From assembly GCA_965657415.1 (NCBI GenBank), contig CBFHNZ010000003.1, positions 7,621-71,620 of the forward strand: DNA of 64,000 nt, in the 5' to 3' direction. Position numbers and translations under genes: made by a program. Source of the stretch: Candidatus Puniceispirillaceae bacterium (lineage in GTDB: Bacteria > Pseudomonadota > Alphaproteobacteria > Puniceispirillales > Puniceispirillaceae). The notes beneath the pieces are model-generated. The model did no database searches, had not been told where the DNA came from, and was given only the letters and a program-made list of their open reading frames with translations. Positions 39,541 through 48,960 of the stretch are shown one piece after another; positions within the stretch are counted from its first letter, which is position 1; the number at the start of each line of letters is the position of its first letter.

Positions 39541-40896
39541 TTGACCTTGAAACGACAGATCACGCGGCTGCCGCGCGATACCGGGGTCACGGGCTGGAAC
39601 GCGATTCTGGGGCCGGCGCCATCCCATCCCGAGGCCGAAGGTGATATCAGCGCCGACTGGCTGGTGATCGGCGGCGGTTTTGCCGGGCTGTCCGCCGCCA
39701 AGCGATTGGTTGAACTTCGTGGTGGTGAGCGGATCGTCCTTCTTGAGGCGGCGCGAATTGGCGCGGGGCCGGCCGGCCGCAATTCGGGCTTCATGATCGA
39801 TCTGCCACATGAATTGTCGGGCGACGGCTATGCCGGCAGCGCCGAGGGTGACAGGCTGCAGATCAGCCTCAATCGCCATGCGCAGAATTTTGCCAGAAGC
39901 TGTGCGGTTGAGTATGAAATGCCGGCTGAGGCAGTCAGCCCGATCGGCCGGATGAACGGCGCGGTGAACGCGCGTGGCGAGGCGCATAATGATGCCTATG
40001 CCGCCCAGCTTGCCGCGCTTGACGAGGCATACACAAAGCTGTCCGCTGCCGAGATGGCCGAGATGACAGGCACTGAAATCTATCGCTCGGGCCTGTTCCT
40101 TCCCGGCGCGGTGATGCTGCAACCGGCGCTCTATGTCCGTGAAATGGCAGCTGGCCTCACCGGCCGCGAGACCGCGCCGGTCGCGATCTTCGAGGCAAGC
40201 CCGGCCACCTCCTTCAGCCGCCAGGGCGAGACCTGGCAGGTGACAACGCCAAAGGCGACCATCACCGCTGGCAGGATCATCCTGGCGGTGAATGGTCATG
40301 CCGAGAGTTTCGGGTTCTTCCGGCAACGCCTGATGCATGTCTTCACCTATGCCTCGATGACGACGGCGCTGACCGGTGTTCAGCAGGCCCGGCTTGCCGG
40401 CTTGCCGGCCTGGGGTATCACTCCGGCCGACCCAATGGGATCAACGGTGCGACGCCATACCGGCATTGGCGGGAGCCGGATCATCATCCGCAACCGCTGG
40501 ACGTTCGAGCCGTCGATGGAGGTTGACGCGGCGCGGATAACCCGGTTCCGCCGTGATCATGACCGCGCCTTCCGGCGACGCTTTCCAAAGCTGGTCGATG
40601 TCGATCTGGAATATAGCTGGGGTGGCAGGCTGTGCCTGTCACGCAATTCGGTGCCGGCCTTTGGCGAGGTCGAACCCGGCATGTTCTCGGCCTGCTGCCA
40701 GAACGGGCTTGGTACCGCCAAGGGCACCCTTGCCGGCATCGGCGCCGTCGAGCTGGCAACGCGATCCAACTCGCCAATCGTGCAGGATCTGTTGTCCTAT
40801 GACGCCCCGGTGAAACTGCCACCGGCGCCGATTGCAAAGTTAGGCGCGACGCTTGCACTGCGTTGGCGTGAATGGCGCGCCGGCGCGGAAATCTAG
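39541..40896 (+). CDS. FAD-binding oxidoreductase (DAO family, PuuB-like amine oxidase)
   Basis: IGGGFAGLSAA, GPAGRNSGFMIDLPH, SWGGRLCLSRN, CQNGLG. Confidence 0.85.
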   Translation: MTLKRQITRLPRDTGVTGWNAILGPAPSHPEAEGDISADWLVIGGGFAGLSAAKRLVELRGGERIVLLEAARIGAGPAGRNSGFMIDLPHELSGDGYAGSAEGDRLQISLNRHAQNFARSCAVEYEMPAEAVSPIGRMNGAVNARGEAHNDAYAAQLAALDEAYTKLSAAEMAEMTGTEIYRSGLFLPGAVMLQPALYVREMAAGLTGRETAPVAIFEASPATSFSRQGETWQVTTPKATITAGRIILAVNGHAESFGFFRQRLMHVFTYASMTTALTGVQQARLAGLPAWGITPADPMGSTVRRHTGIGGSRIIIRNRWTFEPSMEVDAARITRFRRDHDRAFRRRFPKLVDVDLEYSWGGRLCLSRNSVPAFGEVEPGMFSACCQNGLGTAKGTLAGIGAVELATRSNSPIVQDLLSYDAPVKLPPAPIAKLGATLALRWREWRAGAEI

Positions 40897-40902
40897 CCGG
40901 TT

Positions 40903-41529
40903 TCAGTCATTGTCCGTCAGCCCGGCCCCGGCCCCGGCAAGGCGTGACTGGCTGGTGGCCGGCGCATAGGTGTGGTGCGCATAGCTCGTCAGACGTTCAA
41001 CACAGCAGGCGAACTGATCCGGCAGGCGGGTGTGGCTGGCACGGCCGGGGTCAATCTGAGCCGCAGCGCCAAGCCGCAACTGACAGGGTGCGCTGCCGCG
41101 AAGCCATTCGCTGTGCCAGTCGCTGTGCCAGTCGCTGTGCCGGTCGCTGTGCCGGTCGTCGCGCGCGGTGTCGCCGAACCCCTCTGCCACCAGCCAGACA
41201 GTGCCGGGCGGAATCGTCGCCACAAAGGGAAGCAGCAGCAACGGGGCCTTCACCAGCCCGAGATCAAGCCGTTCATCGGCCTGCGTCGGGCAGGGGCGTG
41301 TCCCGTCACTGAGCGCGGTGCCCGTCACCAGCGGGCAGAGTGCGTCCCCGTCGGGCCAATCATGCCCGCAGATATCGAGATAGCCGCACAGGGCGGAAAT
41401 GCCGGGAAGCCCGCGCTGATGCAGCCAGAACACCGCGCCGGCGGCTTCTTCAGCAAGGCCCCATGGCAGGTCGGCACCCCGCGCTGCTTTCAGGGCCAGT
41501 GCCGCCGTCTCGCCAAGCGACCAGCTCAT
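40903..41529 (-). CDS. DUF3726 family protein
   Basis: SLGE....KAARGADLPWGLAEEA, CPL..GTALSD, TYAPATSQSRLAGAGAGLTDND; ATGA overlap with upstream gene. Confidence 0.8.
   Translation of the reverse strand: MSWSLGETAALALKAARGADLPWGLAEEAAGAVFWLHQRGLPGISALCGYLDICGHDWPDGDALCPLVTGTALSDGTRPCPTQADERLDLGLVKAPLLLLPFVATIPPGTVWLVAEGFGDTARDDRHSDRHSDWHSDWHSEWLRGSAPCQLRLGAAAQIDPGRASHTRLPDQFACCVERLTSYAHHTYAPATSQSRLAGAGAGLTDND
41108..41158. repeat. In-frame 12-bp tandem repeat x4 (TCGCTGTGCCAG/GG) encoding RHSD-RHSD-WHSD-WHSE in DUF3726
   Basis: Copies at 41108, 41120, 41132, 41144. Confidence 0.9.
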
Positions 41530-43280
41530 TCTGCCGGGGCGGCCTCATCCAGAGGCGGATAGACAAGATCGTCGGGATCAAGTGTGGCAAGTTCATCGGG
41601 GAAGGGTGCGCCCTGGTACATGGTGATGCGAAGCCACCTGTCGGATCGTGGGTCGAACTTCGTCGCGCCGAAGAAAGACAGCTTGCAACGCAGGAGATCG
41701 ATCGGAATCATGTCGGCGCCGATGGTGTTGTCGCGGATCTCGCCAAACTCAAGCTTGCTGACAATCTGCAGGCGGCGCGCCATGTGGCGATGTTCGGGAT
41801 GTTTCAGAAGAAAGGCACCAAGGCTGTCTTCCGAGTCGAACCCGGCAAGGTCGCGGCGCATGCGCACCGCATCACGCCCGGGGCATAGCGGCTGCTCATA
41901 GGGCTCCAGCGGTTCTTCATGGCGCTCGCCAAGCCGCGGCTCAAGCTTCTCCTCGGACACGTACCAGACGCGGGCCTGCGCGTCCGGGCTGTCATAATCG
42001 ATGCTGTCTGTCCAGTCATAGTGCGATTCCAGGGCCGCCAGCACATCGCCGGTGCAGGTCGTGCCGTCAATTCGATGCGCGACATCTTCCTCGGCATGCA
42101 TGCAGCTCGCAAGATCGTCCACAAGCTCGGCATAAGGCTCGAACATCAGTGAGACTAGCGCCTCCTGGCCTTCCAGCGACAGCGCCGCCTCGGCCGCCCG
42201 ATACAGCGAATCCCACGGCGTTTCATCATCCGGCGTCAGGGCATCCGCACTGGCGATGATCCAGTTGAAATCATCGCGGAGCCTGGCGATCCGTGCTGCC
42301 TGGCGTTCATCGGCAACATGCCAGTCATCGGCGTTGCGCGCCGCGCGCCTGGCCAGCTGCTGGAACTGGTCGATCTGTGCCGGTCCGGCAGCACGCACCG
42401 CCCGCACCCTGGCAAGAGCGGTCTCGCGTGCCGCGATCCAGCTGTTGATCAGCCGCGGATGGTTGATCAGGAACGGTGCCATGCCGAGGCCGGTGGAATT
42501 GCCGATGCCAAGGCGGCGGCGGATATCCGGTGACATGGCGATAGCTGTGGTCGGTGACTTCACCCGCGCCGCATGTTCCACAATATCGATGGAAAAGGCC
42601 CGGATCAGCCAGACGGCCAGCATCTCGGGCTGGAAGGATCCGGTGAATTCAGGACGCGCACTCCATTGTGCCCGGTCGGCCGCGCCGAATTTACCGGCAC
42701 CATAAACGGCGGTGGTGCGAAACAGATAGCCGACGGATTCGATCATCTCCGGGTCGGGCTGGCGTCCGGCGGCAAGCGAATCCACCACATGGCTGAACAG
42801 CCGCACCGATTTGTTGGCGCGTGACAGCACAAGCTCCCTTTCGGAAATGCGGCCGGCCTCCTGTTTCGGGACATTGCCCGCCAGCCGTTTGATCTGCGCT
42901 GTGTTGACCTCGCCATCGCACAGGGTGAAAGTGGCGTCCCACGCCTCGGCAATCACCCTGTCGGAGCGTTGGTCATCGGCAAGCTGATGCGCGAACGCAA
43001 CCAATGTGTAGGTGGCCTGTGGTCCGCGCGCCCGGTAGGTGGCAACGCCGACGCCGCGGTCATCAATGTCGAATACCGGCCGGTCAATGCTCCAGCCTTC
43101 CGACTTTAGGCGGCGCAGCAGAACCCGCATGAAGCTGAGCCGGCTCTGATGGAAGGTGCCCATGCGCGCCAGACGCATCACCGTCTGCGGGGGGCGCAGC
43201 GGTGCCTGCCGGATATCACCGGCCCCGGGTCTTTCGCGGCTTTTGGGTGTCTCGCGGCTGTCAGGCATGGTCAGCTCCAA
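41526..43280 (-). CDS. Hypothetical protein (584 aa), no recognisable domain
   Basis: Long soluble ORF overlapping both neighbours; motif-like blocks RSDRVIAEAWD, GYLFRTTAVYGAGKFG, GIGNSTGLGMAPFL, FFGATKFDPRSDRW. Confidence 0.85.
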   Translation of the reverse strand: MELTMPDSRETPKSRERPGAGDIRQAPLRPPQTVMRLARMGTFHQSRLSFMRVLLRRLKSEGWSIDRPVFDIDDRGVGVATYRARGPQATYTLVAFAHQLADDQRSDRVIAEAWDATFTLCDGEVNTAQIKRLAGNVPKQEAGRISERELVLSRANKSVRLFSHVVDSLAAGRQPDPEMIESVGYLFRTTAVYGAGKFGAADRAQWSARPEFTGSFQPEMLAVWLIRAFSIDIVEHAARVKSPTTAIAMSPDIRRRLGIGNSTGLGMAPFLINHPRLINSWIAARETALARVRAVRAAGPAQIDQFQQLARRAARNADDWHVADERQAARIARLRDDFNWIIASADALTPDDETPWDSLYRAAEAALSLEGQEALVSLMFEPYAELVDDLASCMHAEEDVAHRIDGTTCTGDVLAALESHYDWTDSIDYDSPDAQARVWYVSEEKLEPRLGERHEEPLEPYEQPLCPGRDAVRMRRDLAGFDSEDSLGAFLLKHPEHRHMARRLQIVSKLEFGEIRDNTIGADMIPIDLLRCKLSFFGATKFDPRSDRWLRITMYQGAPFPDELATLDPDDLVYPPLDEAAPAE

Positions 43281-44241
43281 AGCTGATATCGAAGAAATTC
43301 AACCAATTTTCACCCATGATGCCCGCGATCTCGGCCTCTGAAAAGCCCTGCTGACGCAGACCATCGGCAAGTGCGACGAAGTGTCTGTTGTCCTGGAACC
43401 AGTTCGGCATCGGCGGAAAGCCGGCATTGCTGGCGCTTCCCTCACCATAATCGATATCCTTTGTCCATCTGCCGACCCGCATCCATTCGACAATGCTGTC
43501 GGGCTGGTCCTGGCACAAATCTGTGCCGATGCCGATACGCTCCGGCCCCATCAGCTCGGCCGTCTTTGCCACCATCCCGCAGAAATCGGCAAGTGTGCAG
43601 TTGGACGCGTTCTTCAGGTGATGCGGATAGAGCGAGAAACCCAGCATGCCACCACTCGCGCCAAGGCTGCGCAGTACATCATCCGACTTGTTGCGCCGTG
43701 CCGGATGCCAGAAGGCCGGGTTGGCGTGGGTGATGGCAATCGGGCGGCTGGAATGCTCGATGGCGTCGAGGGTTGAGCGTTCGGCGGAATGACTCATATC
43801 GACCACCAGCCCGACCCGGTTCATTTCCGTGACGACGGCGCGGCCCATGCGGGTCAGGCCGGTATCCTCGGCCTCATAGCATCCGGTCGCCAGCAAGGAC
43901 TGGTTGTTGTAGGTCAGCTGCATGAAGCGGGCACCGAGCGTGTGGCAGATTTCCACCAGCCCGATGTCATCCTCGATCGGCGACGGATTCTGAAAGCCGA
44001 AGAAAATGGCGGTGCGGCCCTCGCGACGGGCGCGGCGTACATCATCGCCGGTGCGGCCCTGAAAGATCAGCTCGGGATATGTCTCGAACCAGCGGTTCCA
44101 CTGTTCGACATTCGCCACTGTTTCGCGGAACATCTCGTGATAGGCGATGGTGACATGCACGGCATCAACGCCGCCCTCTCGCATCTGCCGGAAAATCTTT
44201 TCCGACCAGTTGCAATATTGAAGGCAGTCAATCACATGCAT
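43261..44241 (-). CDS. Membrane (renal) dipeptidase M19-like amidohydrolase with atypical metal ligands
   Basis: QLTYNNQS, GLTRMG..V.EMNRVGLVVDMSH, ITHAN, RNKSD, IGIGTD, IMGENWL; IDCLQ and GFQN replace the usual HxD and EG. Confidence 0.85.
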   Translation of the reverse strand: MHVIDCLQYCNWSEKIFRQMREGGVDAVHVTIAYHEMFRETVANVEQWNRWFETYPELIFQGRTGDDVRRARREGRTAIFFGFQNPSPIEDDIGLVEICHTLGARFMQLTYNNQSLLATGCYEAEDTGLTRMGRAVVTEMNRVGLVVDMSHSAERSTLDAIEHSSRPIAITHANPAFWHPARRNKSDDVLRSLGASGGMLGFSLYPHHLKNASNCTLADFCGMVAKTAELMGPERIGIGTDLCQDQPDSIVEWMRVGRWTKDIDYGEGSASNAGFPPMPNWFQDNRHFVALADGLRQQGFSEAEIAGIMGENWLNFFDISFGADHA

Positions 44242-44262
44242 GGCTACACCTGCGATGTTGGG

Positions 44263-45720
44263 CTATGAAACCGCGCCGGCCGAAATGTAGGCGGTCTTGA
44301 CACTGGTGTAGAATTCGACGGCATACTGCCCCTGTTCGCGCGGGCCGTATGAACTGTCGCCGCGCCCGCCGAACGGCACGTGATAGTCGGTGCCGGCGGT
44401 GGCCAGATTGACCATGACCACGCCGGTTTCGGCGCGGCGCCGAAAATCGGTTGCGCGCGCCAGCGAGCGCGTCATGATCCCGGCAGTCAGCCCGAAATCT
44501 GTGTCATTTGACAGCGCCAGCGCCTCTTCATACGACCCGGCGCGGATCACACAGGCGATGGGGGCGAACATTTCCTCACGATTGATCCGCCAGTCATTGC
44601 CGGTGCCGACAACAACGCAAGGTGCCATGTAATGGCCGTCATGTGCCATGTCGAGACGCTCACCGCCACACAATATCTCACCGCCCTCGCTTTTTGCCAG
44701 CGCGACATAATCCAGATTCTCGGCAAGCTGGCCTTCGCTGACAACCGGACCGACCTGCGTGCCATCTTCCAGCGCATGACCGACCTTCAGCGCCGTGGTG
44801 GCGGCCACCAGCCTGTCGACAAACGCATCATGGATGGCGTCATGAACAATCAGCCGTGACGAGGCGGTGCATTTCTGGCCGGTGCCGCCAAAGGCACCGT
44901 TCGCCGCGCAGGCCACCGCCAGATCGAGGTCGGCGTCATCCATGACCACCAGCGCGTTCTTCGATCCCATCTCCATCTGCAGGCGCGGCATGTTGCCGAT
45001 GGCCGATGCGGCAATCCGGCGGCCTGTCTCGACTGACCCGGTAAAGGTGATGGCATTGACCGCAGGGTGAGAGACAAGCGCATCACCAATGCTGCCGCCC
45101 GGTCCCATGACCAGGTTGAAAAGCCCGGTTGGCAGGCCGGCGTCGGCGATGATCTCGGTCAGGGCAACAGCCGAGGCCGGCACCAGATTGGCCGGTTTCC
45201 AGATCACGGCATTGCCAAAGGCCAGCGCTGGCGCGATTTTCCAGACGGCGGTGGCGGTGGGAAAATTCCACGGGCTGATCACTGCAACAATGCCGACGGG
45301 GTCGCGCCTCACATCAATTTCGATTCCGGGGCGCACCGAATCCGCATTGTCGCCGATCTGGCGCAGCACTTCGGCAGCGTAATAGGTAAAGAACTGGCCG
45401 GCCCGATAGACTTCACCCCGCCCCTCGGCGCGGGGTTTTCCTTCTTCGCGGCTGAGAAGCTCGCCCAACTCATCGGCCCGTGCCATCAGCGCGGTGCCAA
45501 TCGTCATCAGGGCGGTCTGGCGTGCCTCGAGGCCGGTCGCCTGCCATAGCTTCTGCGCCGTGCGGGCACTGTCCAGTGCGCGTTCCAACTGGCCTGGATC
45601 AGCCTGCGCATAGGTGCCAATCAGGTCGGTGATATCCGACGGGTTGCGGTTTTCTATGGCGTTGTCAGCGGCAAGCCATTCGCCGGCGATGTAATTCCTG
45701 TGCATGTCTGGCCTGTGCAT
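44263..45720 (-). CDS. Aldehyde dehydrogenase (2-oxoglutarate semialdehyde dehydrogenase-like)
   Basis: SPWNFP, FTGSV, EMGSKN, GQKCTASSR, EEMFAP, DYHVPFGG..SSYGPREQG. Confidence 0.88.
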   Translation of the reverse strand: MHRPDMHRNYIAGEWLAADNAIENRNPSDITDLIGTYAQADPGQLERALDSARTAQKLWQATGLEARQTALMTIGTALMARADELGELLSREEGKPRAEGRGEVYRAGQFFTYYAAEVLRQIGDNADSVRPGIEIDVRRDPVGIVAVISPWNFPTATAVWKIAPALAFGNAVIWKPANLVPASAVALTEIIADAGLPTGLFNLVMGPGGSIGDALVSHPAVNAITFTGSVETGRRIAASAIGNMPRLQMEMGSKNALVVMDDADLDLAVACAANGAFGGTGQKCTASSRLIVHDAIHDAFVDRLVAATTALKVGHALEDGTQVGPVVSEGQLAENLDYVALAKSEGGEILCGGERLDMAHDGHYMAPCVVVGTGNDWRINREEMFAPIACVIRAGSYEEALALSNDTDFGLTAGIMTRSLARATDFRRRAETGVVMVNLATAGTDYHVPFGGRGDSSYGPREQGQYAVEFYTSVKTAYISAGAVS

Positions 45721-45726
45721 GTCTGG
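45697..45726. repeat. 15-bp tandem duplication duplicating the ALDH start codon (MHRPD-MHR)
   Basis: CCTGTGCATGTCTGG at 45697 and 45712. Confidence 0.88.
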
Positions 45727-45763
45727 CTGCCTCTGTTGCTCTTATTTGTCTCTGCCGTTTGGT

Positions 45764-46846
45764 TTATCCGGCCCCGCCATTCACCCCATTATTCATCCGG
45801 CCGTTACCGCCAAGATCATAGCGCACCAGCGCCTTGAAGACGGCTTTCATGGTAATGGTGCCGACGCGTGTATCATTCTCATGGACGGCAAAGCTGCGGT
45901 CGATATCGCCTTCGGCATGGGCAATCAGGCTTTCCAGTGACATGCCGCCATCAACCTCGCCATGGGTTGGTTTGGGGCGTGTGCTATCACCCATGATAGA
46001 TCGGACCTTCAAAACGCGGGCACGATTGATATCGCTGACGAACTCCTCGATATAGGGGTCGCTCGGGTTCAGCAGGATATGCTGCGGCTCACCCTGCTGG
46101 ACGATAAAACCGTCTTTCAGAATCACCAGATGGTCGGCGAGCTTCAGCGCCTCGTCCAGATCGTGGGTGATAAAGACAATGGTCTTGTGAAGATCCTGCT
46201 GCAGTTCCAGCAGAAGATCCTGCATCGAGGTGCGGATCAGCGGGTCGAGGGCGGAGAACGCCTCATCCATCAACATAACCTCAGCATTCGAGGTCAAAGC
46301 CCTGGCAAGTCCGACGCGCTGTTGCATGCCGCCTGACAATTGATGCGGGAAGGCATCCTCATTGCCATCCAACCCTACACGCTGGATCCACTTGAGGGCT
46401 TCATCGGTGGAGGCACTGCCATTCTCACCACGAATTTCGGGTGCCAGCATTGTGTTCTGCAGCACCGTACGATGCGGCAAGAGGGCGAATTTCTGGAACA
46501 CCATCGACATCTTTGTCTGCCGCAGGGCGCGAAGCCGACCCGTGTCATAGGCCATGATATCCTCGCCATCCATTTCGATCTCGCCAGCTGTCGGTTCGAT
46601 CAGCCTGTTGAGATGGCGGATCAGTGTCGATTTGCCGGACCCGGACAGACCCATGATCACCGTGATCAGACCCGATTTGATATCGACATTGATGTTATTG
46701 AGGCCGATGACATGGCCGGTGCGACGCTGGATATCGGCCTTGTCGATGCCGTCCGACAGCATCGGCAGGATCGACGCCGGGTCATCGCCAAAAATCTTAT
46801 AGAGATTGCGCACGGCAATCTTGACCGGCTTGTCTGCTGTGGACAC
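45764..46846 (-). CDS. proV: Glycine betaine/proline ABC transporter ATP-binding protein
   Basis: NLYKIFG, MGLSGSGKS, NRLIEPTAG, LSGGMQQRVGLARAL, MDEAFSALDPLIR. Confidence 0.9.
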   Translation of the reverse strand: MSTADKPVKIAVRNLYKIFGDDPASILPMLSDGIDKADIQRRTGHVIGLNNINVDIKSGLITVIMGLSGSGKSTLIRHLNRLIEPTAGEIEMDGEDIMAYDTGRLRALRQTKMSMVFQKFALLPHRTVLQNTMLAPEIRGENGSASTDEALKWIQRVGLDGNEDAFPHQLSGGMQQRVGLARALTSNAEVMLMDEAFSALDPLIRTSMQDLLLELQQDLHKTIVFITHDLDEALKLADHLVILKDGFIVQQGEPQHILLNPSDPYIEEFVSDINRARVLKVRSIMGDSTRPKPTHGEVDGGMSLESLIAHAEGDIDRSFAVHENDTRVGTITMKAVFKALVRYDLGGNGRMNNGVNGGAG

Positions 46847-46860
46847 GGCGTTACTCCCGT

Positions 46861-47874
46861 CTAGATCTTGCGTGATTCATCAACCCGGGCCAGCGCCGCC
46901 TTGGACACCCGGTCGAGAATGATGGCGAGAAGGACAATGCCGAAGCCGGCGACAAACCCGACGCCAAGCCGCAGGTTGTTGATCCCGTCAAGCACCAGCG
47001 TGCCAAGCCCCGGCGCCGAGACCAGCGAGGCGATCACGACCATCGCCAGACTCATCATGATGGTCTGGTTGATCCCGGCCATGATGTTCGGCAGTGCCAG
47101 CGGTATCTCCACCTGGATGAGTTTCTGCCGCGCTGTCATGCCATAGGCGTTTGCCGCCTCAATGACATCACGGTCAACAAGCCGGATGCCGAGATTGGTC
47201 AGGCGGACAACTGGCACGATGGAATAGAGGATGATCGCAAGACCATAGAGCTTCGGCTCGGTGATCTTGAACAGAAAAATCAGCGGAATGAGATAGACGA
47301 AGGTCGGCAGCGTCTGCAGCATGTCCAGAACCGGCGTGATAACACGCTGCGCGGTGTCGTTCTTCGACATCAGGATGCCGGTTGGCACCCCGAGGATCGC
47401 GCACAGCACGGTGCAGACAAAAATGATCGACAAGGTCTGGACGGCATAGCCGTAATGATCGATGAACAGGAAAAAGGCAAAGCAGCCGGCCACAAAGGCG
47501 GTGATCCGCCAGGATTTCGATGAAAACATCGTGCCAACAAGAATGAGCGGTACAAGGCACCACCAGGGCAGCGTCGTGAACAGGGTCAGCGCCCCGTCAA
47601 GCGCCCAGGACAGGGGCTGTGTCAGCGGGTCGAGAACCACGCGAAGGGCCGGGCGGATGGCAAGAAAGCCATTTTCAAGCCAGGCGGTGAAATCGCGGGT
47701 CTGCGGTATCGAACCGCAAGCTTTGTGAAGATTGTCCAGCGAAGGGAAGGGCACTTCCCACCATGCCGGATCCTCGCCTTTCAACTGGCGCAGCGACATC
47801 AGGGTTTTCGCCTTGCCGGCATCGCACCATTCGCGAAGTCCAACAAGATCGAAAGCACTTGAAAAAGCGGACAT
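46861..47874 (-). CDS. proW: Glycine betaine/proline ABC transporter permease
   Basis: PVLDMLQTLPTFVYLIP, RLTNLGIR.V...EAA..YG, IMAGINQTIMMSLAMVVIAS. Confidence 0.9.
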   Translation of the reverse strand: MSAFSSAFDLVGLREWCDAGKAKTLMSLRQLKGEDPAWWEVPFPSLDNLHKACGSIPQTRDFTAWLENGFLAIRPALRVVLDPLTQPLSWALDGALTLFTTLPWWCLVPLILVGTMFSSKSWRITAFVAGCFAFFLFIDHYGYAVQTLSIIFVCTVLCAILGVPTGILMSKNDTAQRVITPVLDMLQTLPTFVYLIPLIFLFKITEPKLYGLAIILYSIVPVVRLTNLGIRLVDRDVIEAANAYGMTARQKLIQVEIPLALPNIMAGINQTIMMSLAMVVIASLVSAPGLGTLVLDGINNLRLGVGFVAGFGIVLLAIILDRVSKAALARVDESRKI

Positions 47875-47922
47875 TGTGCAATCTCCGTTTCGAAATGGCT
47901 GCGGCTACAGTTAAGAAAATCG

Positions 47923-47949
47923 GTGGGCACGATATCTCATCGTGCCCAC
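47923..47949 (-). terminator. Intercistronic hairpin between proX and proW (terminator or mRNA stabiliser)
   Basis: 11-bp perfect stem GTGGGCACGAT/ATCGTGCCCAC followed on the minus strand by CGATTTTCTT. Confidence 0.7.
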
Positions 47950-47968
47950 GATAACTTTTTGAAACTGC

Positions 47969-48943
47969 CTAGAGGAGCGGCTCCAGCTTCTTTCTGGCAT
48001 CATCATTGACCCATGACAGAACCATGTCGCCATGGTTGGTCAGGACCCAGGCCGCGACCTCGTCAGCCGACGCACTATTCTCCTCAGCCCAATAAAGCAT
48101 CGTGCTGACGACATCATTGGGATAGGACATGTTCTTGACGAATTCTGCGACTTCCGGCTCGCGCGCGGCAAACTCGGCGGTCATTGCATTCAGAACAGGT
48201 GCCGATGGGAAACCAGAAACACCGATCTTTGCTGGGTCAGCGTCTTGCCGCTGATTGACGGCATGTTGGTCTGGATTGACGGCGCCAATGTCGACCTTTG
48301 TCATCTTGTATTTGCCAAGAACCGCGGTCGGGCCCCAGTAATAACCAAACCATGGCTCGTTATCTTCCATCGACGCTGCCAGAGCGGCACCCAGGTTCGC
48401 CCCGGATCCATGATCGAAAACTTCAATCCCGTTGGCTTCCAGCTTGTGTACCACCTTTAGATTGTCATTCACGACACGACAGCCCCATCCAACAGGACAG
48501 TTGTGGAACATCGCGCCGACCTTATCTGGGTTGGCAAGGATACCGTCGATGGTCGTCAATTCAGGGTGCTTTTCAGCAAGCCAGGTTGGGATCCACCAGC
48601 CTTCTTCCCCGCCATTGGCGAAGATGCTGGAGGCGGTGATGACCTTGCCGGCAGATTCCAGCTCACCATAGACCGGTGCCGAGTTACGCCATACCTCCGG
48701 CACAATGTCAGGCTGGCCGTTTTCGGCAAGTGATGTTACGGCGGGAATGGTGTCGGTTGGAACAACCGTCACTGTGCAGCCATATCCCTCTTGAAGAACG
48801 AAGGTGGCTACTGCTGTAAATGCTTCTCCTGACGCCCATCCCATGGCACCGATGCTGACATCCCCACAATCAGCGTTGGCCGATGAGACATTGATCGAGA
48901 GCGCTGCGGCAGCGACCCCGAACAGAGACAGAGTTTTCTTCAT
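47969..48943 (-). CDS. proX: Glycine betaine/proline ABC transporter substrate-binding protein
   Basis: Signal peptide; CGDVSI..MGWAS, EGYGC, PEVW, CPVGWGC, GYYWGPT; true ligand unknown. Confidence 0.85.
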   Translation of the reverse strand: MKKTLSLFGVAAAALSINVSSANADCGDVSIGAMGWASGEAFTAVATFVLQEGYGCTVTVVPTDTIPAVTSLAENGQPDIVPEVWRNSAPVYGELESAGKVITASSIFANGGEEGWWIPTWLAEKHPELTTIDGILANPDKVGAMFHNCPVGWGCRVVNDNLKVVHKLEANGIEVFDHGSGANLGAALAASMEDNEPWFGYYWGPTAVLGKYKMTKVDIGAVNPDQHAVNQRQDADPAKIGVSGFPSAPVLNAMTAEFAAREPEVAEFVKNMSYPNDVVSTMLYWAEENSASADEVAAWVLTNHGDMVLSWVNDDARKKLEPLL

Positions 48944-48960
48944 GATGGCTTTCCTCCAAA

